Below are positions 21,794 through 31,802 of a DNA stretch of 64,000 bases, piece by piece. The notes beneath the pieces were generated by a model. It ran no database searches and was not told the origin of the DNA. It worked only from the letters and a program-made list of their open reading frames with translations. Positions within the stretch are counted from its first letter, which is position 1, and every line of letters begins with the position of its first letter. Made by a program: the position numbers and the translations under genes. Origin of the DNA: a bacterium (GTDB lineage Bacteria > Zhuqueibacterota > Zhuqueibacteria > Residuimicrobiales > Krinioviventaceae); contig CAXXFV010000008.1 in the NCBI GenBank assembly GCA_963674595.2, positions 1 through 64,000 of the forward strand, read 5' to 3'.

Positions 21794-24700
21794 TTATTTT
21801 AACATCATCATTTTTTTTACGGCGACAAAGTCTTTCATGTGGATTTTATAAAAATATAAACCGGACGGCAGGTTGTGAGCATCAAAATCTATTTTATAGG
21901 AACCAGCCTGATAAACAGCATTTGTTAATTGCGCAACCTGACGTCCCAATATATCATAGACTTTTAATACGACCCGGGTTTGTTCTTTAACGTCAAAACA
22001 TATCGTGGTTGTCGGATTAAATGGATTTGGATAGTTTTGGTAGAGATAACATCTTTTCGGGATAACAGGATTTTCCTCAACAAACGTATTTGATTCGATG
22101 ATAACAACGGCTTTACCGGTTATATTTTTCGTCGTATCTTTAGCCGTTATCATAAAGGTTCCGGGTGTTTCATCGGCTTTATAATTTCCAAAATTATCAA
22201 TTGTTCCGCCGTCTGCCGTCCATTGAACAGAGGCCGATATTTTCAGGTCATTTTGGTCATATCCCTGGGCTGTGAAAGACTGGGCAGCACCGGGGTTTAT
22301 ATGAACCGTGTCCGGTGTAACGATTATTTTTGTCAAAACCTGTTCCTGCGAGGAGACCAGTATCATTGCCTTGTCGAATTTGTTCGTTACTGGGTTGGTA
22401 GCTGTGATATAAACGGTTTGCTCCAGTGAATCTGCGGTAAAAAGACCTGTGCTGTCAATTGTGCCGGAGGTCGCGCTCCAGGTTTTGGAAAAAGAAAAGG
22501 GCATATCTTTCTGGTCTGTTCCGTCTGCCCTGAACCGGACGGATTGTCCCGGGCTAATGGTTATAGAATCCGGGCTAATACAAATTTTATCCAAATAGGA
22601 TTGATAGACCAGGACCACCACAGAATCCATATTTGTGTTGGGCGAATTGGCGCCTGATCCGGCTGTGAAAATAAATTTGTTGCTGGTACCGTCAACAGCG
22701 CCCGGTGGTACGGTAAAACAAATTGTTGTGTCCGCGCCAAGTGTATCGCCCAGACTAAGCGTATAATCGGTCCCGCTGTTCAGCCATGACGGATCATCGG
22801 CTGAAATTGTTACATTGATAAACTCACCACCTGAATTGCTCCATCTTTGCAGGGAACAAAAAATAGAATCCCGGCTGCCCGGTGTGACAAACATGGTGTC
22901 GTTACCGGTTGTTAAAACAAAATCGACAGCCTCGGTCAGCCAATCGGAAAAATTCACGGTTCCTGAAACACCGTTACTATTGGCCGGACCGTTTGTATCT
23001 CCCCACCAATTTTTTGCTGCCGAAACAGTGATTAATGAGTCTGTATTTTTCAGACCAAATTTACTGTTATTAAAAATGTTGTTTTGATAAACAATCGGTG
23101 ATGAAGCTGATTCTGTTAAAATTCCATTGCCCGCATTTTCTGAAATGTAATTTTTATTAATTGTCGGAGTTGCTCCGTTTTCACAGTGAATTCCGTCACC
23201 CTCATCTCCTTTGATTGAATTCCCGGAAATAACCGAATTGGAACCGTAGATGTGAAAACCTGTGCTTAGACAGGTATTCACCCACACTATATTATTAATA
23301 AAGGTATTGTTTTCGCTATAATACTCTTGAATGCCGGAGCAGTTGAAATTTACATAATTATTGTTGAACCGGTTATTGCTGCTTGTACGTACACAAATTC
23401 CATTTGCCCACAATTCGACCTTGTTATGGGATACTATATTATGGTTAGCGCCGTTATCCAGGTATAAACCGGCCTGACCCGCTATATCCATAAACTGCCC
23501 CTCCACATATTTATGTCCCACAATATTATGTCCAACTTTATTATAGCTGGAGGCAACAAGTGCAAAACCATACATTTCGTTGCGGTCGCTATTATTATTT
23601 TCAACTGTATTATAGTTGCTGCTTTCCAATACAATGCCGCCGCTTTTGTTGTTATAAACAGTATTCGAGTTAACTTTGTTGTCATTACTTCCGTTTAGCA
23701 GTGTGATGGCATTTTCTCCATTACCGTATATGGTATTGATGCTGATATCGTTTTCAATACAATTATCCAGCATGACACCATCCGGAGTGTTTTCATAAAT
23801 TATATTTCTGCCGACTGTTGTATTTTCGCTGTTATAAATGGCAATACCGTGACCATTATTGTCCTCACCTTGATTGGAATAAATTTTATTTTCAAAAATT
23901 TTGTTATCGTTTGCGTCTGAAACAAACAGCCCGTTATCGTTTTTGTTTATGTCATTTTTTTCAATCAGGTTTTGGGTCTGCTCATCTTTTATCTCAATTC
24001 CCCGGAAATTACCAACAATAACATTTTCGGTGATTTCATTTTTGGCAGGAACTCCGCCTTCAGCACTGCCGGACATTGTAATTCCTGCGTACTTGTTATC
24101 TGCCAACATGTTTTTGGAGATTTTGTTTTCTGCTGTATTTTGCAGCACGATTCCTGTAGCTTGGTTTTGGTAAATATTATTGTCGTGGATATTGTTGTTC
24201 TTTCCCCATTGTATAGTCAGGCCGTTACCGTTCTTCAATTCTCCGGCAGAACTCGAATCGTTTTTGGCGGTTTCATTTATTTGATTTAATTCAACATGAT
24301 TATTACCGGAACCGGAAATAAATATGCCGCTGCCGGTATTTGCCTGCAATTCATTTTTATAAAGATGTGTTTGTTGTGCACCATTTGTTATTGAAACACC
24401 GGGTCCGGAATTGTACAGTATCCTGTTTTGATTTACAGCATTGTTGTCCGTTCCTTCGCCTTCAATTATAATGCCTCCCTGGGAATTGTTGGCAATCAGA
24501 TTTGCTTCTTCTGCCTTGATAATGACGCCGATTGTGTTGTTTTTTGCACCGGCTTTAATTCCGATGCCGTAACCGTTTGGTTTGTCCGTATGGATGTTTG
24601 TTCCGACGCCAAAATAGTTGCCCTGAATGATGTTGTTGTCGCTGCCGGCATTTTCAATTAAAATGCCGCAGTTACTATTGTTTGATATAATGTTGCGCTG

Positions 24701-27700
24701 TTCAGAGTTATCACCACCAATTTGGTTGTTCGACGAACCGTTTTGAATATGAATCCCATTTTGTTGCTGCGCCCAATTGTCGGAATTCAAAGTGCTGCTA
24801 AATCCTATGATATTGCCTGTTATGTTATTGTTCGAAACACCACTGCCGGATAATAAAATGGCATCCTTGTAATTGGAAAAAAACTCATTTTTATCACTGC
24901 TTGTGTTGCCGCCTATTGTATTACCGGACGAGTTGCCGGTAATTTGTATTCCCAGTTCATTCATTTGAAATTCATTATCTCTGACCAGACAATTGTCTGC
25001 ACCTTCCATATACAGACCCGTTTGACCATGTGCCATTAAATTTGCATAAATCTGGGTATTCGTACCTGAGACATGTATACCTGCCGGACCGCGATGGTTC
25101 CAATAACCATAGGTAACAGTAAAACCGTGTATTTTTGAATTATCCTTTGTCATACTTACTATTACAGAGTTGGAGTCGGCTGCTGTTATTTTTGTATATT
25201 CTTTCCCTTTTGTGGAACCCACATTCAGCGATTTATTTACCACCACATTCTCTTTATACTCTCCGGGACAAACAATTATTGTATGTCCATTCTCTGTATC
25301 GTTATCATCAATTGCCGGTTGAATTAGTCCGAACGAATCTCCTGTATTAACATTTTTTACAGCCGCGACCACAAGCGGTCCACAAGCAAATTGGAGTGGG
25401 GGAAGCATAACATAATTCGTATAATTTAAAGCTGCGGCCGAAACCATATTTACACTTGTGTTTACACCATACTCTCCCACATGATCCTCTGTGCGCTCAA
25501 ATGGATAATTAAACTTGTACGTCAGTTTCAAATGGATACTTTGACCCGGGTTTAGCTGTTTGTTTATGCTTAATGCCATTGTGCCGTCATCACGCATATA
25601 ACTGGCGGAATCTGTCACGCTGCCATCCACATATAAAATGGCCCTTTTAACGAATTGGAATTCATCTCCGCTGCCCCAGGCCTGAAAAAGAATCGATTGG
25701 ACTTGCCATTCATCGACCATATCTACAGAAATCGTGAGGTCTGCAATAGTTATTTCGGTACTGTCGCAATCAGGACAAACAGGTTCATAGAGCACTGTAT
25801 TTTTTCGCAACGTAAGCGTTGGTTTCGGCACCGGTTTTTTTGTTTTAAAATTTTGAATGACAATTCCTTTGCTTCCGGAATTGGTCGTGCCCATGGTCTT
25901 ATTGGGGGTGTTTTTACCTGTGTTTGTGCTCGGAAAGGACATGTAACCTGTACCTTCGGATGTATACAATGTTCCGTTGCCATTATCATTCGTAGGTGTT
26001 GTCGTGATTTGCAGACTCCCCGGCGAGTGGCATTCGGCCGTTTTGTAAAAAGTATTTTGGATGATGTTTAGCATAAAGCCGATAACACTGCCGCCTTCTA
26101 CCGCTGCCATGATAAAGTCATTTTTAACTTCAATGTCCCAAATTTTCCCGGTTCCGGACGTTTCAGCTATGGAAACCGGATTTGTCGGGTTGGAGATATT
26201 GAATGCCTCAATAACATATTCACCCTGCGGATTGTTGCCGCCCACAAGTAACGTGTCATTATTCACCCATAAACAGGTGGTGGTGCTTTTAACAGAGAAA
26301 TTGCCTGCCTGGGTTATATTTTCTGTTGAAGCTATATTAAATATTTCAATGTTATTCGAATTGGTACTGTAGGCTGAATAGGCATAATTATCGGTTACGA
26401 TAATTCCACGCGCATCACCGGCTAATGCCGTTGTCGCCAGTTCCGTTGGATTTGTTGGATCACTGATGTCCAAAATTATTAAATTGTCATCACTTGTTTG
26501 GATATAAGCTTTGTTTTCTTTAATTGTATAATGGCTTATAAATCCTGATGATAATGTATAAGAACCGAGTTCGGAAAGGACCGTCGGATTTGTGCAGTCT
26601 ATTAAAACAAGCCGGTCCCAGTTAAAACCGGCAAGTATATTATTATTGCACATCTGTAAAAAAGCCAGAGAGGAAAATTCCGGAAAATCAGCTTCATACA
26701 CTGGTCGTTCCGGCGTGTTTAAATTGTAGACATACAGGCTGTTAAAAGATGTTATATATAAATATTGATTGGACACTTTGAGAGAAATAATTTCACCCGG
26801 ACTCGTCATAACTTGAGTTTGACCCGGCTGTGACGGATCTGAAACATTAACAACATGAAGCGGATTTCCACCATATTTTGCAGCGATATAGAGGTTTGAA
26901 CCAGTATAACCAATACACCTGGCTTCCTGGTTTGCCATAACATACTGTCCGGCCAGCTGTGGTGAGTCCTTTTGTGTGGTGTTCAGGATTTGCATTTCAC
27001 CATTTAATCCTAAAAATACCTGATTATTATCGATTATGGTATTATAGGCTTTATTTTGAGTTTTATAATAACTTGTTTCAACAGGATTGCTCATATCGGA
27101 TGCATTGAAAATGCGCAGTCCATTTTCTCCCCCGGTATATTCGGAACAGGAAACATAGGCATAATTATCAAGTGCATTAACCGAGACTGCATTTGGCGCT
27201 TGTACTTGTCCACGAAATACCGGATTTAAAGGATCCGTCGCATCAAATACCCGTAGCTTTGCAGGTGAAGAGCTAGTTATGGTGAGCAATTTGTTGTTTG
27301 AAAGGCAAATATCCACAGGATAAAAAAGATTGACAGTAGAGGTGATGGTAGGGTTTTCCGGACTTGAAATGTCGATAATATGAAAACCGCCTGGTCCTGC
27401 TGCCAGATAAATATAAGGATAGGACACATATAACCCTGCCGAGTTCAGTGTCTCCATCTCAAGAAAAGAAACAGAGTCCGGGGAAGAAGGATCAGAAATA
27501 TCAATAGCATAAAAACCACCGCTCTGTTTCAAAATGGTATAGAGATAGTTACCATAAAGAACCATATCTGCCGGATCATCCGGAAGGCTCAAAGAACCAA
27601 TCTGCGTCAAAGGTGATGTTGTTAAATCAATAATTGAAAGTCCCTGGCCCTGACTCAGATAGGCATAGTTTCCATGAGTGATGCCGGTTTCGGCGAGCCC

Positions 27701-27811
27701 GCCAAATTTTCCAGCCGGGGATATGGAAAGATCTCCCTCTTGTGCAAATACTGCACTTGAAATAAACAGAATAAAAATACCTAAAAGAATGATTGCTTTT
27801 GTCTGTGCCAT
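21794..27811 (-). CDS. 2005-aa secreted/surface protein: LVIVD repeats, NosD/PbH1 beta-helix, Ig-like domains, T9SS-type C-terminal domain
   Basis: Signal peptide; repeated 'IIDISSPENP'; 'PGEYKENVVVNKSL'; Asn-rich coils; 'AAKNWWG..GP'; 'QNYPNPFNPTT...LPSGLYFY'. Confidence 0.85.
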   Translation of the reverse strand: MAQTKAIILLGIFILFISSAVFAQEGDLSISPAGKFGGLAETGITHGNYAYLSQGQGLSIIDLTTSPLTQIGSLSLPDDPADMVLYGNYLYTILKQSGGFYAIDISDPSSPDSVSFLEMETLNSAGLYVSYPYIYLAAGPGGFHIIDISSPENPTITSTVNLFYPVDICLSNNKLLTITSSSPAKLRVFDATDPLNPVFRGQVQAPNAVSVNALDNYAYVSCSEYTGGENGLRIFNASDMSNPVETSYYKTQNKAYNTIIDNNQVFLGLNGEMQILNTTQKDSPQLAGQYVMANQEARCIGYTGSNLYIAAKYGGNPLHVVNVSDPSQPGQTQVMTSPGEIISLKVSNQYLYITSFNSLYVYNLNTPERPVYEADFPEFSSLAFLQMCNNNILAGFNWDRLVLIDCTNPTVLSELGSYTLSSGFISHYTIKENKAYIQTSDDNLIILDISDPTNPTELATTALAGDARGIIVTDNYAYSAYSTNSNNIEIFNIASTENITQAGNFSVKSTTTCLWVNNDTLLVGGNNPQGEYVIEAFNISNPTNPVSIAETSGTGKIWDIEVKNDFIMAAVEGGSVIGFMLNIIQNTFYKTAECHSPGSLQITTTPTNDNGNGTLYTSEGTGYMSFPSTNTGKNTPNKTMGTTNSGSKGIVIQNFKTKKPVPKPTLTLRKNTVLYEPVCPDCDSTEITIADLTISVDMVDEWQVQSILFQAWGSGDEFQFVKRAILYVDGSVTDSASYMRDDGTMALSINKQLNPGQSIHLKLTYKFNYPFERTEDHVGEYGVNTSVNMVSAAALNYTNYVMLPPLQFACGPLVVAAVKNVNTGDSFGLIQPAIDDNDTENGHTIIVCPGEYKENVVVNKSLNVGSTKGKEYTKITAADSNSVIVSMTKDNSKIHGFTVTYGYWNHRGPAGIHVSGTNTQIYANLMAHGQTGLYMEGADNCLVRDNEFQMNELGIQITGNSSGNTIGGNTSSDKNEFFSNYKDAILLSGSGVSNNNITGNIIGFSSTLNSDNWAQQQNGIHIQNGSSNNQIGGDNSEQRNIISNNSNCGILIENAGSDNNIIQGNYFGVGTNIHTDKPNGYGIGIKAGAKNNTIGVIIKAEEANLIANNSQGGIIIEGEGTDNNAVNQNRILYNSGPGVSITNGAQQTHLYKNELQANTGSGIFISGSGNNHVELNQINETAKNDSSSAGELKNGNGLTIQWGKNNNIHDNNIYQNQATGIVLQNTAENKISKNMLADNKYAGITMSGSAEGGVPAKNEITENVIVGNFRGIEIKDEQTQNLIEKNDINKNDNGLFVSDANDNKIFENKIYSNQGEDNNGHGIAIYNSENTTVGRNIIYENTPDGVMLDNCIENDISINTIYGNGENAITLLNGSNDNKVNSNTVYNNKSGGIVLESSNYNTVENNNSDRNEMYGFALVASSYNKVGHNIVGHKYVEGQFMDIAGQAGLYLDNGANHNIVSHNKVELWANGICVRTSSNNRFNNNYVNFNCSGIQEYYSENNTFINNIVWVNTCLSTGFHIYGSNSVISGNSIKGDEGDGIHCENGATPTINKNYISENAGNGILTESASSPIVYQNNIFNNSKFGLKNTDSLITVSAAKNWWGDTNGPANSNGVSGTVNFSDWLTEAVDFVLTTGNDTMFVTPGSRDSIFCSLQRWSNSGGEFINVTISADDPSWLNSGTDYTLSLGDTLGADTTICFTVPPGAVDGTSNKFIFTAGSGANSPNTNMDSVVVLVYQSYLDKICISPDSITISPGQSVRFRADGTDQKDMPFSFSKTWSATSGTIDSTGLFTADSLEQTVYITATNPVTNKFDKAMILVSSQEQVLTKIIVTPDTVHINPGAAQSFTAQGYDQNDLKISASVQWTADGGTIDNFGNYKADETPGTFMITAKDTTKNITGKAVVIIESNTFVEENPVIPKRCYLYQNYPNPFNPTTTICFDVKEQTRVVLKVYDILGRQVAQLTNAVYQAGSYKIDFDAHNLPSGLYFYKIHMKDFVAVKKMMMLK

Positions 27812-27905
27812 TTTTTTGTCCTGTTTTTCATTGCTTGTTTATTTTATAATTTCCCCTTATTTAGGAATATATTATATTAAATATATACTTTTATTTTAAA
27901 AGATC

Positions 27906-27925
27906 AATCCGACTAAAGTAGGATT
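27906..27925. promoter_or_regulatory. Palindromic LuxR/NarL-like operator
   Basis: AATCCGACT-AA-AGTAGGATT (one mismatch) in the divergent intergenic region. Confidence 0.55.
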
Positions 27926-27962
27926 TTATTGGTTCTTTCAATATAATAAATTATATTTATTT

Positions 27963-28928
27963 ATGATTATTGGTATGCCGACATTGTTGTTTCTACTTAC
28001 CACGATATGTGGAGCCGCGACGGTTTATTTCAGTTTTATTTTGTTCCACAAATATAAACAGCCCTTTTTACTGTCTTACCTGTTATATCTCGTTTTTATT
28101 TTCATTTTCAATATTTACAGTTTTTGGGGGCAATATTTTTGGGAATCGGTTTTACAGTTTGAAACAAATGTGAATTTCCGTGTCAATCTGTGGAAAATGT
28201 TCATCCCTTTTTTGTCTTTACCGTTGCTGATGCTGTCAAGCTTTATGTATATTAAAACCTGTCGCGAAATTGTTAAAAAGAAAACAAGCCTCCGGTTTAC
28301 CCTGTTTTATTTTATTGTGCAGTTTTTTTGTTTTATTATATTGGGGATTCTCTTTAACAAACAAAAAGTTTTTTCCGGTATTGTTGAGTTTGAGGCGGGT
28401 GCGTTTTTTTTCTGGCTGTTCATAGGATTTGACATGTTTTGGGGATTATTTGCCGTCTATCAGATTTTTAGATATCGAAAATCTGAACTTATGAATGAAC
28501 GACATTATCGGCTTGCTACAGGCTTTGCCTGGTTGAATTTGTTTGTTTACTGTACTTTTTATCTGGTATTCTGTATTACCTTGTTTTTTCCTGAATTTGA
28601 ATTGGTAGCTATTGTTTTTAGTTTTGCGGCTGATTTGCCGGTTTTGTTATTTCTTTTTGTTTTTCTGGGCCGAAATTCGTTGTTTTATAATGTTGATTTA
28701 GAAAATAACCAAAGGGAATTTGAAAAATTCCATATCTCAAAACGTGAAAGAGAAATCATTGAATTTATTTACAATGGAAAGAAAAATAAAGAAATCAGCT
28801 CTGAACTGAATATTTCATTACAAACCGTTAAAGACCATATTTATAATATTTTTCAAAAAACCGGGGTCAAGAATCGGGTGCAGTTGACCAATCTGTTCCG
28901 CGATGAACAGGAAAAGTCTGTTTTTTAA
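27963..28928 (+). CDS. Membrane-anchored LuxR-family regulator (~7 TM + HTH)
   Basis: Hydrophobic N-terminus; 'ISKREREII..IYNGKKNKEIS.EL.ISLQTVKDHIYNIF.K'. Confidence 0.88.
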   Translation: MIIGMPTLLFLLTTICGAATVYFSFILFHKYKQPFLLSYLLYLVFIFIFNIYSFWGQYFWESVLQFETNVNFRVNLWKMFIPFLSLPLLMLSSFMYIKTCREIVKKKTSLRFTLFYFIVQFFCFIILGILFNKQKVFSGIVEFEAGAFFFWLFIGFDMFWGLFAVYQIFRYRKSELMNERHYRLATGFAWLNLFVYCTFYLVFCITLFFPEFELVAIVFSFAADLPVLLFLFVFLGRNSLFYNVDLENNQREFEKFHISKREREIIEFIYNGKKNKEISSELNISLQTVKDHIYNIFQKTGVKNRVQLTNLFRDEQEKSVF

Positions 28929-28964
28929 TATCAACCATCTGAAAAAAATTAGAGAAATACTGTA

Positions 28965-29339
28965 TTAAATAATCCACATGAATTTTGTATTTAATACCAG
29001 AAATAAAAACAAAACAAAGTTGACAAGAAAACCGATTCGTGCATCCGGCAAACCAATAATGCACAACAGAGATGATAAATATATGGATACCCGTAAGATT
29101 GTCATCCATTGTGGATTGCCGGAGATAAGATAAAATGAAGTTGTGAAAAATAAAAGCGTTGCTGCAAGCCATAATAAACCGGTTATGCGGACCCCTATGC
29201 TTCCGATATCATATTTTTGGTAAAATATTTTTGTTGAATAGGGCATCTCTTTTAGAGTTGCAATTTTCCAGGGAACCAGAAATCCTATCAGGTGTGCAAA
29301 TCCATGAATCCCCAAAAAAATACCTAAAGCTATTTTCAT
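28965..29339 (-). CDS. Small integral membrane protein
   Basis: ~4 TM helices, 'HGFAH'; start overlaps upstream stop (ATGA). Confidence 0.7.
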   Translation of the reverse strand: MKIALGIFLGIHGFAHLIGFLVPWKIATLKEMPYSTKIFYQKYDIGSIGVRITGLLWLAATLLFFTTSFYLISGNPQWMTILRVSIYLSSLLCIIGLPDARIGFLVNFVLFLFLVLNTKFMWII

Positions 29340-30397
29340 TCATCTTTCTCCCATGCTATACTATAATCACGCTGTTCCGGCAACGGGTGCCCGCCGGGGC
29401 CGTATCCCTTGGCTGTTGAAAGTTTTTCCAGAGGAATAAATGTTTTTTCAATTTTATCAGGATACACATCATATTTATAAAATCCCAGTGTCGGGTCTCC
29501 GTCCGGCCATCTCTCATCCCATTGAGAAAAACAAGTTGCCGGCGCCAAATCAAATGCGATGCCCTGGGCCGTGAAATCTTTACGGCAGTGAATATGCCCG
29601 GTGATGACCCGGTTTGTATGGGTTGCCAGAAAAATATCCATCATTTTATCTTTGCTTGAATGGTCTATGGTAAAATACCACTCTAAATAGTGGTCCAGAT
29701 TTGTAATGTCCCAGGCAGGCTCGTTTAAACTGTCGGCAAAAAGCGCATAATGCATTAACCAGATATGATGCTCTGTTTGCGACTGCTGCTTTTGATCTTC
29801 CAGCCATTGCCATAACTCTTTTTCCAGGGGAAGGTTGGAACCCAAAAGCATATCGCAGAAACCGGATACACGCAGATTTTTATGAACAAAGCTCCACCAC
29901 AATGGACCAAAAACGGATTCAAACTGCTGCAGTTGAGCGGATGTTACATTCAGGTCTGTGTCTTTTCTGTCTTTACGGGCGCCGTCGATTTTTGTGTGTT
30001 TGTTACCCGTGTCCATATTTCCGGCAATGACATGATAGGGAAAAGGCAACCGGTCCAGATCATTTTTAATACTTTCCAGTTCCCATTTATGGATGGAACC
30101 ATCACGAGAAAGATCACCACCAATTAATAGAAATTCCGGATTTGTTTCTATTATCTGTTTTTTTGCTGTTTCCCAGTTTTCGTTCCATGACGGGGCAAAG
30201 CGAAAGGAGCGTGGTGACCCGACTTGAATATCAGCAACATAGGCAAACGTCCAGGGTTTATATTGTTTTTCCGGTATTTTGTGACAGGCACCTGTTAAAG
30301 CTGTGGTGGCGGCCGTTAAAAGCGTTCCCAGTTTAATCGTTGGTATCCAGTATTTTTTCAAGTTCATTTGATCCCTCGTGTTCGGCATGTTCATCAT
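29336..30397 (-). CDS. Calcineurin-like metallophosphoesterase
   Basis: 'ADIQ', 'GGDL', 'GNMD', 'LMH', 'GHIH'. Confidence 0.8.
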   Translation of the reverse strand: MMNMPNTRDQMNLKKYWIPTIKLGTLLTAATTALTGACHKIPEKQYKPWTFAYVADIQVGSPRSFRFAPSWNENWETAKKQIIETNPEFLLIGGDLSRDGSIHKWELESIKNDLDRLPFPYHVIAGNMDTGNKHTKIDGARKDRKDTDLNVTSAQLQQFESVFGPLWWSFVHKNLRVSGFCDMLLGSNLPLEKELWQWLEDQKQQSQTEHHIWLMHYALFADSLNEPAWDITNLDHYLEWYFTIDHSSKDKMMDIFLATHTNRVITGHIHCRKDFTAQGIAFDLAPATCFSQWDERWPDGDPTLGFYKYDVYPDKIEKTFIPLEKLSTAKGYGPGGHPLPEQRDYSIAWEKDE

Positions 30398-30410
30398 TTG
30401 AATGGAATAT

Positions 30411-31076
30411 CTAGTCTTTTAAAATAGCAATAGCACGGGTCGGTGACCCATCACCATTTTGGATTTTCAAAGGTAAACAAGAGAATGTGAAAATTTCCTG
30501 TTTAATATAATTCAAATTTGTTAAATTTTCTATAATTATTGTTCCTTTTTCGAGTAGTATTTTATGGACTGTAAGTGTGGTAGAATCAATTTCATCAACT
30601 GAAATGGCATCGATTCCAACACCTTTAATATTTTTCTCCACAAGCCACCCGGCAGCTTTTTCGGACAAGACAGGAAAGTTTGAAAAATAGCTGTCAGAAC
30701 CCCAGTTTTTACTCCAACCGGTTTTTAATAAAACAAAATCACAATCGTTTATTCGGGATTCGTATTCTTTTAACATTTCTATCTCAATATGCCGGGAACC
30801 TGTTCTTTCCAGGTCAATGATTGTTGCCGTACCGTAAAACCGGTCCAATGGCAAGTCAGCAATAGAAGCACCGTTTTTATAAACATGCGCCGGTGCATCA
30901 ATATGGGTGCCGACATGACCGGAGGATGTTATCTTGTATTCCTGGTAGCCATTTGTTTCTATTGATGACATCGGATTAAAAGCAGGCGGTTCGTCACCTG
31001 GAAAAACCGGCATTTGAGGATGTAATGTATGGGACAGGTCAATTATTTTCATATTCGTTTTTCTTTGGTCGGTCAT
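30411..31076 (-). CDS. Cyclase family protein (kynurenine formamidase-like)
   Basis: IDLSH, HVGTHIDAPAH, GIDAIS, IENL, DGSPTRA. Confidence 0.88.
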   Translation of the reverse strand: MTDQRKTNMKIIDLSHTLHPQMPVFPGDEPPAFNPMSSIETNGYQEYKITSSGHVGTHIDAPAHVYKNGASIADLPLDRFYGTATIIDLERTGSRHIEIEMLKEYESRINDCDFVLLKTGWSKNWGSDSYFSNFPVLSEKAAGWLVEKNIKGVGIDAISVDEIDSTTLTVHKILLEKGTIIIENLTNLNYIKQEIFTFSCLPLKIQNGDGSPTRAIAILKD

Positions 31077-31085
31077 AGGTTCGAA

Positions 31086-31715
31086 TTAACTCTGTTTTTG
31101 CGCCAACAGGAAAAACAGAGGGTATTCTTTTGTGTTACCGTTATCATCTGTTTTTTTGTTATGGTGAAATGTTTTGAGAATAACAGTATTCAGGCCAAAA
31201 GATTTCAGTGTTTCTTTTAACTTGTCGGTTTGAAAACCCAAGTGCACATTCTTGTCATCCTTGTGAAATGTGCCGTCTTCCGGTTCCAGATCACCAATAC
31301 AAAGATAACCGCCGGTTTTGAGCAGTTGACTGAATTTTTTCAGGGCGCCTTCAATGTCAGCTACATGGTGTAGAGCCATCAGAGTATAAATCAGGTCAAT
31401 TTTGTTTTCACCTATTTCCAAGTAAGCTATCCCTGTTTGATAAAGAGACATGTTTGTTATATTATTTTGGTTTATTTTTTCTTTCAGGCTGCCAAGCATT
31501 CCTTTTGATGTATCAACCATATTAATGTGTTGAACAGCAGAATATAGCTGCATTCCAACCGAACCGGTACCACAGCCAAAATCCAGTAATTGCATTGTGT
31601 TGTTTAACTGTATATTATCGGTTATCTCTTTTGTGAATTTTTCTGCCATTTCCTGACGGGATTGATTTTTGTCCCAGTCTTTTGCTTCCTTGTCGAATCT
31701 GTTTATTTGTGCCAA
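31086..31715 (-). CDS. Class I SAM-dependent methyltransferase
   Basis: LDFGCGTG, 'LHHV', 'EDGTFH...HLGF'. Confidence 0.88.
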   Translation of the reverse strand: MAQINRFDKEAKDWDKNQSRQEMAEKFTKEITDNIQLNNTMQLLDFGCGTGSVGMQLYSAVQHINMVDTSKGMLGSLKEKINQNNITNMSLYQTGIAYLEIGENKIDLIYTLMALHHVADIEGALKKFSQLLKTGGYLCIGDLEPEDGTFHKDDKNVHLGFQTDKLKETLKSFGLNTVILKTFHHNKKTDDNGNTKEYPLFFLLAQKQS

Positions 31716-31802
31716 AATAAGCTCTCATTGTTTTCGTACTTTTATTTTATAAAATATAAGATTTATTTTCAAAAATGCTTATTTTTTTTGATTAATACTG
31801 GA

